Source: an uncultured virus (IMG/VR IMGVR_UViG_3300011912_000001)
Lineage: Duplodnaviria > Heunggongvirae > Uroviricota > Caudoviricetes
IMG/VR virus record: IMGVR_UViG_3300011912_000001
Direction: 5' to 3' (one strand)
DNA: 64,000 bases
Within the stretch, counting starts at the first letter, position 1, and each line of letters starts with the position of its first letter. This document shows positions 56,543 through 64,000 of the stretch, one piece after another. The position numbers were made by a program, and so were the translations under genes. The notes under the pieces are model-generated. The model made no database searches, was not told where the DNA came from, and saw only the letters and a program-made list of their open reading frames with translations.

Positions 56543-56986
56543 ATGCCACGAGCTAAAAAAGAAGTAGTCGAACAAGAAGAAATGTTCATGGAGGAAGAAG
56601 CAGAACGCATTGAAGGCGTCAAAGAAGAAGTTGACGCATTTGAAGAAGTCGACGGCGACCAGCCTATCGTTCCAAACGGTCCAACCCTCGACCAAGTCGA
56701 AGAATGGAAAAGCCGTTTCCAAGACAATGTTTTCTTAACAGAGATTCAAGGTGAAATCTACGTATGGCGTCCAATTCGCCGTATCGAATATAAAGGGATT
56801 ATGAAAGTCCCGAATGCAGACCGTTATTTCAATGAAGAAAAGATTTGTGATACATGTATCCTCTTCCCAGCGAACTTCCGTTCAGCGGCAATGTCGAATG
56901 GACTTGCAGGGGTTCCAACAATTTTATCTGAACTTATCTTAGAACAGTCTGGTTTCAATCCAACTGTCAATGCAGTTCGTCTGTAA
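56543..56986 (+). CDS. tail assembly chaperone
   Basis: WRPIRRIEY, AGVP..LSELILEQSGF; position. Confidence 0.6.
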   Translation: MPRAKKEVVEQEEMFMEEEAERIEGVKEEVDAFEEVDGDQPIVPNGPTLDQVEEWKSRFQDNVFLTEIQGEIYVWRPIRRIEYKGIMKVPNADRYFNEEKICDTCILFPANFRSAAMSNGLAGVPTILSELILEQSGFNPTVNAVRL

Positions 56987-57042
56987 CTATACCTAAAGGG
57001 GAGGGCCTTGTCCCTTCCCTTTTTTCTATGAGGAGGAAAATC

Positions 57043-57636
57043 ATGAGTTACGAAAGTTATGAAGACTTCAATGAAGAAATTGAAGAAGAAGAGTTTGAAG
57101 AAATTGATTTTGAATTACTACAAGAATTAAAAGCGAAATACTTTGATATTTATCAGATTGAATTGATGGGAATTGTCATCACCTTCCGCTCACTGAGCTT
57201 TAAGGAATTTGCAGAGCTTCGGGATTCATACTTAGAACGAGAAGAGCAAGAAGAAGAGGTTTGTCGGATGGCGGTGCTCGACCCGATTTTTGATGATTGG
57301 AGCGAGAAGATGCATGGGGTTATCCCGCAATTGCTTTGTCGTCAAATCATGTTCCATTCAGGACTCAGTCCCGACTCTTCAGAAGAAATCAAACGTTACC
57401 GTCGGGAACAAAAGATGGTCGTCGAAAGTAGTATCGAAGAACAGATTGCATGCGTTATCAAAGAAGCGTTCCCCACATTTGAACTGGAACAAATTCTAAG
57501 TTGGAGCATTAAGAAAATGTGTTGGTACGAAGCGCGTGCCCTCTGGTTATTAAAGAACATGCGAGGCATTGAGTTTGAAGATACGAATGAACTCGAAGAA
57601 TTGATTGAGGTACAAAAAGCACAAGCCGGATTATAA
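57043..57636 (+). CDS. tail assembly chaperone paralog
   Basis: FRSLSFKEF, GVIP.LL..QIMFHSG; GAGGAGG RBS. Confidence 0.55.
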   Translation: MSYESYEDFNEEIEEEEFEEIDFELLQELKAKYFDIYQIELMGIVITFRSLSFKEFAELRDSYLEREEQEEEVCRMAVLDPIFDDWSEKMHGVIPQLLCRQIMFHSGLSPDSSEEIKRYRREQKMVVESSIEEQIACVIKEAFPTFELEQILSWSIKKMCWYEARALWLLKNMRGIEFEDTNELEELIEVQKAQAGL

Positions 57637-57649
57637 GGAGAGAAGTTAG

Positions 57650-60600
57650 ATGGCAGATATGCGGGACATGCAGAATCAACAGAAAAGAGAAGAAGTAGCA
57701 CAAACGGCCATTGGTGGACTGAAGGTTATTGGTGCTGGTGCCGTTGGGTATGGTTTGATTCGCAACCGACATGCCATCGGTGCTCCTATCATGAAAGGGC
57801 TTATCAAAAGCAAACGGTTCAATTTAGCAGGAGAAATCGTCGGCGAAGTCTTTGACCGGGGAAGTGTCTATTCTAGCGCTCTAGGGTCTAAGCCCGGGTT
57901 CATGAGTATGCTCAAAGCACAACGAGACCCCGATGAATTCGAACGTCGGATGCGTTTAGCGTTTCGAGCGCAACAAGCGGCACGGAATCAACCAAACCAA
58001 TTAGCAGATACGCCGCTCATGCCTCGTCGTGTCATGGAGCATTTAAGCTCGAAGAAGTCATTGCAAGCGGAAGCTATTAAACGGACACGGATTGATGTCA
58101 ACTTAAAGCAATTAAAAGCCGACCCGACGTTTGCGCCACACTTTGAGACAGGACTCGAAGAACTCTTATTGAAGAGTAACCTCTTATCTCGTTCAAATCC
58201 TTCGGAACGAGAAGTCGTAGACTTTGTTCAAAAGAACGTAACCAAACAAGCGAAGGAAGTTCAGAACCACTTCATCAACATGGAAGGCATGGGACAACAA
58301 GAACGAAGCGATTTCGTCGAAAAGCTGTTCAAGACCGTTGATGAAAACAACCATCGTATTCGTTATACGCAAAAGAATGGGGAAACGAATCTCAATAAAG
58401 CGATGTCCTTGGAAGAACGGCGTTCGGTCGATGCCAGTTATCAGGTCATGCAAAAAGCAAATTTCGAAGCACTCATGCGTGGTCTCCATAAAGACCAGCA
58501 TAGCGGTTTCATGCAAGAGTCGATGGCGCGCAATGGATACCATCAACTGACACTTGAAGATGTGATGAATGATGATGGCGGACTCAAAGCCCGTTATTCG
58601 CCACTTCAGCGAGAAGGTAAAAACCGGAAGCCGATGGACTTTGTAGAAGAAATCGTCAGCAACGCACAACATCTAGGATATGACATGAATGAAGTCAAAC
58701 AAATGGTTGTTGACCCTGCCATCTTCTTAAACAAAGACACGTTACATATTGCTGACTTAACGAACATGCGTCGAAGCATGGATAAATCCGTTGACTTCAT
58801 TCACCAGAACTTCCAAGTTCCATTCTTGAACTTTAACCCGATTGACTTGATTCAATACGGGGCACAAAAAGCCAGCCGGGAAGCACCACTCTTCCGTATG
58901 TTCAAACGAGGAGATATGTCCGCGTTTGCAAGTAAGAAGTTGGCTGATGGCACAAATGCCTATGAGTTGATGGATGAAAACTACATGCGTCGAAATAACG
59001 GCGCCGCCATGACTCCGTTCAAAAAGGATTATATTTATGCCGGTGGCGCATCCTATGATTTAGATGCACTCACAGAACAACTGAAGTCTGGGAAAAACAT
59101 CAAAGACTTAAGTCTTAAAAGTGGTCTGATTGAAGATGACTTGATTCTCGTATCCAGTGAGTTCGGGGTACCAAAACGTTTTGCAGAATCAGTCGCTGGT
59201 CTGACCCAACATGATGGGGACGTCAACATCTTGCATCATATATGGGGTGGGCGCCAAGAGAATGAATCCGTTTTCGGGCGACTCATGCGGGCGGCAACGA
59301 AGAACAGTAGTCCTGATTTCGGTCCAAACCTGATTAAAGACTTAAAGAATCGTCCGAATGAATACTTAGAAGAAACATACAATAAGATGAATAGTCTCGT
59401 CTCTCGAAGTACACGAGGCATGAGCCATGATACTGGTTTCTTCTGGGGTGACGAACTAGGGCAGACGATTAAGAAGCAATACAATGTCGATGTCGATTTC
59501 CATCAATTACGCGATAGTGATGAGTACCTTTTAAACGTCGCACAAGACCTTGTAGGAGCTATCAAGAGTCAAGGCGGGAATAAGCTTAACATTGAACATG
59601 AAGAGCTTGTAGGTGGCGTACAGACGCAACTCGCACAAATCTATAAGAAGTATACGGACGACCCAGCCTTATTCCTTCGTCAGAAGACGACGATTCCTGA
59701 TAAAGCCCTCATTAGTAATGAGATGTTCAATATCGCCGCCATCGGGTACGACCGAATGGTGTCCCAAACTGATGACTTACGGAAAACGATTGAACAATTA
59801 GGATTGATGAACTTCAGTCGAACTTCTGGGAAAAGTGTCAAAGAGTTCATGGGAGAAGCATATGCTCAAGGAAAGATTGGGCAAGCTGAAATCCAAGAAA
59901 CGATGGACCTTGTTAACTTGTCTCACTTGCAACGTTTCCAGAACCAAATTGGACAAAAGGAATACAATGCGAGTAGTGAAGCTTTAGAAAACTTCCGGGA
60001 CTATTTCGGAGAAGGCGAACGACATATGGATATGTTGGGTACGCTGAAACGAAAAGACCCATGGTGGAGCACAGGTCCGGGAGATGAAGTCGTCGACCAT
60101 TACGGAAAAGATGTCCACTTCCATATGATTAAGAAGCACCGGGGGATGCTTGAGAGCATTAACCGGCAATTAGCCGAAGATGGTTCAGAAGGAGCAGTTG
60201 ATAAAACGCTCTCGATTGCGCAAGGTGGCGCGAATTACTTTGGACACCTCTTTGCTGGAAGAAAGAACATAGAGGACATCACAGCAGGTACGATGGTCCC
60301 GTGGTTCTTCGCTTCTCGTCTGGATGATGCGATGGCACAACTGGGTCTTGGATTAAGCAATAGTCTTCGTGGCTCTGCTACTTCCATTGTCATGAATCAG
60401 TGGGGTAGACGGATTGTCCTTCCATATGTAGCGTATCAGCAAGCGATGTATTTCGATGGTCTTTTAGGAGACAAGGTCAGCGATACAGCCGCTGACGGAT
60501 ACGTCAATATGCAGATGGATACGGCAAGCGTCAAAGAGAAGCTAGGCATTAACGCTATTGGTCGTTCATGGAGTCGGGTCTTTGCCGGTACTGACCAAAT

Positions 60601-63600
60601 GGCAGAATGGATTCCGTCGAAAGCCTTCAACTTCGTGACCGGTGGCGCATTCACTGATTTCCGTAGTCCTGAAGAATTACAAGAGTACTATGAGTCTGGT
60701 GAAGATGCGATTCGAAAAGGACGCTACTGGGGCATCGGGTCAACGACACCTTGGATGGGTGGCAAGATAGAACGTTGGCAACCGAACTGGTATCGCCGCA
60801 TGAAATCCGATTACAAGTTCAGTGAGAACGGATATGGTTCAGAATCGGAATACTGGGCAAACCACTGGATGCCGACGTTAACGCATCCATTCGCTCCGAT
60901 TAAACACTTCATTACGGATAGCAAGCACTATGAAAACAAGTTAAAAGATGAACGTCCGTTCGCTGTTACTGGTGGATTCGCCGAACTCGACAACATCCCA
61001 CTCGTCGGTCCATTGATTGATGATACGGTCGGTCGGATTCTCAAGCCACGAACAGAAGACCCACGTTTGAAGAAAGCACACCGGGAATACATTGAAGCGT
61101 ATAACCAACGATTAGCAAGTGCGTATGCGACAGCGAATGCCGGAGCAACCGTTGAAATGATGCCTTCTGGTGGTATCAAACGCATTGATGACCAAGTGAG
61201 CTTAGACTTCAGTGAACAAGTCGAAGGCGAGCAAGACTTCTATGGTGGAGACGCGTATGCTTCTGGTCAAGCCAGTGGTGGATACAGTCCCTCTGGTGGA
61301 CGCTCTGGTGAAGGCGCTGGGACGTCTGTTGCCGGTGGTGGTGGGTACGGTGCTGATGTTACAAGAACACAGCTGACAGCGGAGAATGTGGGGCTTCTCG
61401 AAGCAACGAGTCCTATTAATCGAGGTATCTCTAGTTTAGAGTCTACTCGTGACCCGAATGCGCTTTATGACTTAGGGGATGCCATTAATCGAGACAACCC
61501 ATTCAATCTCCAATACGGAACCATGCGAGACGTTTGGTACAATACATCGGAGATGGCAGGTATCTTCGGTTTCGCCGCTAAGTCCGGGATTGGGTTCGAG
61601 GAGAGTGGGCGTGGAAACACGTTACAAGACTCTGGTCTCATGAGCTCCTATAACCGTCAGTTCTGGGACATGGAGCTAGGTGGATTAGGCGGAGACATCT
61701 CAGAGATTGCCCGTCGTTACCTTGCTCGTGACCCGAACAAGAACTATTACAACCCGATTCGAAACACAATGCCGGAGTGGATAAACTACTGTTCACTATA
61801 AACTTCTTTAACTGCTGGAAACCCCTAAAGCTCTTTCTACCGAAACAAAACCGGAGACGGTAAATGGAAAGGTTTGAGAAAGAAAGAGATGGACAATGGG
61901 CAATCAGCATCTTGACTAGACAAGTTTTCCGTGTAAACATAAGTAAAAGACTTCGAAGGAGGATTTTGCTATGAATTACAGGATTAAAGATATGGAAGGT
62001 TTAAAATATGGACGTCTTGAAGGAATAAAATACATAGAGACGAGAAAAGCTGGAGCTTACTGGCTCTTCCGATGTGATTGCGGAAACGAAAAAATTATCA
62101 ATGCTTCAACAGTACGTTTAGGAAAAGTTAAATCATGTGGTTGTTTAGCAAAAGAAAAAGTAAGTCAGACACATAAAAAACATGGTATGGCAAAAACTAA
62201 AACCTACGATGCATGGATAGGAATTAAACAAAGATGTTTAAATCCAAAATCAAGTAGTTTTCAAAATTATGGTGGAAGAGGAATTACAATATCTGAACAG
62301 TGGTTAGATTTTGAAAAGTTTCTTGAAGACATGGGAGAAGCTCCTGAAGGATTTTCAATTGAAAGAATAGACAATGATAAAGGATATTCTAAAGAAAATT
62401 GTAAATGGGCGACAAGAGAAGAGCAAAATCTAAACAAAAGATATGTAAACAAAACAACAGGAATGCGAAACATTTCATATAATAAACGAGATGATAGCTA
62501 TTCAGTAGGAATCGCAAGAAATGGTAAAAGATATCGTAAAGATTTTAAAACCATAGAAAGCGCTATTGAATGGAGAAATAACATATTAAAAGACTTGAGT
62601 AGTTAAGTTCAACGACTAGAGAAAGGGAAGGTCTTGAAAAAGGCAAACCGACTACCGTACAGCCAAGTGGTGTTCGCTCTCCGTAATCAGGAGAAATCGC
62701 AACATGCGTAGGACTTAAATGGAAAAAAGAAGGATTGAGAAATCAATTAAGATATAGTCTACTCTGCATGGAAAGCATGCAGAAGTTCATTAGAGAACTG
62801 CAATGAATTAACGACTCATTGTGAATATAAGGGCCCGGTGCCGAATACTTCACCGACTTTAAACATGGTGACCCGTATTCTCGTGTAAACGCTGGTTTAA
62901 TGCGTTTGCCGGGAGATGCATACGAGAAGCTCTATAACGTGCGTAAGGATGCAGACGGCAACTACTCTGCTCTTGACCGGTTACGGATTCTAGCAGATGT
63001 CGCGCCATACTCTGACCAATACCGCATGGCGAAGAAACAACTTTCGTTGCTAAACGGAAACGGTGAATTGACGGAAGAACAGAATGAAGAATACCGAACG
63101 ATTCGAGAACAGGTCAAACAAAAGAAAGAAAAGAAACACTTGTATGACCGGAAGTTCCGGGACGTCGAATTAAAAGAAGAAAAAGTAACGGTCACGAAAG
63201 TCTTGGATGCGAATACGTTCGTCACACGGGAGTACGGCGAAGCGAACCCGATTAAGTTAGCGGGTGTCCAAGTGAAGAACAGTGACCAAGAAACCGTCGA
63301 TTTTGTCCGTCAGTTCATCTATGAAGGGGCAACCTTGAAGATTGGACTTGATGGCGACCCACTCAACAGGGAACGTAAAGACTTGATGACGACGATGCGA
63401 GCGGTTGTTTATACGCAACACAATGAAGAAGGGAATCCGTTCTATTTAACGAACAAAGGGTCGAACCTTAACTTCATGTTAGCGAATCGGGCAGAGTCAA
63501 AAGACAAAGTCACGATTCGAGATGATGGGTCTCAAGTTGCTACCGCCGCTCTCTATTCAAAAGACCAAATCACGGTTGGTAAAATGTATGACACCGTCGT

Positions 63601-64000
63601 CCGTGACATTCTGCCAAAGATTCCGATTGCTGGGGTCTTTGCCGATAAGTTCTTGCAAGTTCGTTCTCCTGTAGAATCCTATGAACGAGAACTCTATGGA
63701 AAAGCATGGCGTGACTGGGCAAGTCCATGGTCAGGCTGGATTCAGCCAATGATTGATACGATGGCATCACGGAACCCGTTAATTGCCGCCGCTGAAGGAT
63801 ATGGTATTGGATACATGTTCGGTCGGAACCGGGCACCGGGTATCATCGGAATGGGACTTGGTATGACCGTTGGTTTGATTGCGACTGCTAAGACTGTCGG
63901 TGAGATTGGGAAAGACATCATCGGGGATGATAGCAACTGGATTCCTGCTCGTCGTCGAAAAGAACGAGAAGTCGATGAATACTTCGATAAGCTCAAGTAC
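57650..64000 (+). CDS. giant tape-measure-position virion protein; join(57650..61782,62833..>64000), partial
   Basis: splicing gives ...RNTMPEWMPGAEYFTDFKHGDPY...; exon 2 frame appears open to the window end. Confidence 0.75.
61783..62832 (+). mobile_element. group I intron (1050 nt)
   Basis: P1 GUGGAU/GUUCAC, CTGCTGGAAACCC, GGCAATCAGCA, TTCAACGACTAG, AAGATATAGTCT, terminal G. Confidence 0.9.
61971..62606 (+). CDS. intron-encoded HNH homing endonuclease with AP2-like C-terminus
   Basis: CDCG, SCGC, YGGRGI, SIERIDNDKGY..ENCKWAT..EQNLN; AT-rich. Confidence 0.88.
   Translation: MNYRIKDMEGLKYGRLEGIKYIETRKAGAYWLFRCDCGNEKIINASTVRLGKVKSCGCLAKEKVSQTHKKHGMAKTKTYDAWIGIKQRCLNPKSSSFQNYGGRGITISEQWLDFEKFLEDMGEAPEGFSIERIDNDKGYSKENCKWATREEQNLNKRYVNKTTGMRNISYNKRDDSYSVGIARNGKRYRKDFKTIESAIEWRNNILKDLSS

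Noticed and set aside
56960..57045. Programmed frameshift joining the tail chaperone genes
   Set aside because: No slippery heptamer before the stop; a terminator-like hairpin and a separate RBS intervene.
1..64000. tRNA or rRNA genes
   Set aside because: No cloverleaf or T-loop signatures seen in the intergenic regions by eye; tRNAscan was not run.

Overview
This window is 64 kb of a large, probably contractile-tailed phage of a Bacillales-type host, with two divergent arms that meet at about 30.3-30.6 kb. LEFT ARM (minus strand, 1-30236) is an early/accessory region. It carries a YonO/QDE-1-type RNA polymerase with a DFDGD motif, which may be split over two genes. About 50 small genes follow, including three paralog expansions and two YspA-like SLOG proteins. 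A Prs-like plus NAMPT-like pair resembles the NARP1 NAD+ reconstitution module. The intergenic DNA holds about 13 copies of a covarying hairpin element (plus strand AATCA-N9-GGGC-GTA-GCCC-CC-GC) with invariant spacing, best read as hairpin promoters for the phage polymerase. Three of these copies precede non-coding RNAs: a type II hammerhead ribozyme, a long-hairpin sRNA and a ~265-nt pseudoknotted RNA. Twelve early proteins share a C-terminal P-x-L-x-L tag. RIGHT ARM (plus strand, 30664-64000) is the virion morphogenesis module. The large terminase has an intein in Walker A and a group I intron in Walker B. It is followed by a portal-MuF fusion, protease/scaffold, capsid, two sheath-like and three tube-like genes, and a giant tape-measure-position gene interrupted by a second, HNH-encoding group I intron. 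GATC, CCWGG and GCWGC appear to be avoided. There are two assembly gaps (506-515 and 2351-2486). All protein calls come from motif recognition by eye and from synteny; no database searches were run.
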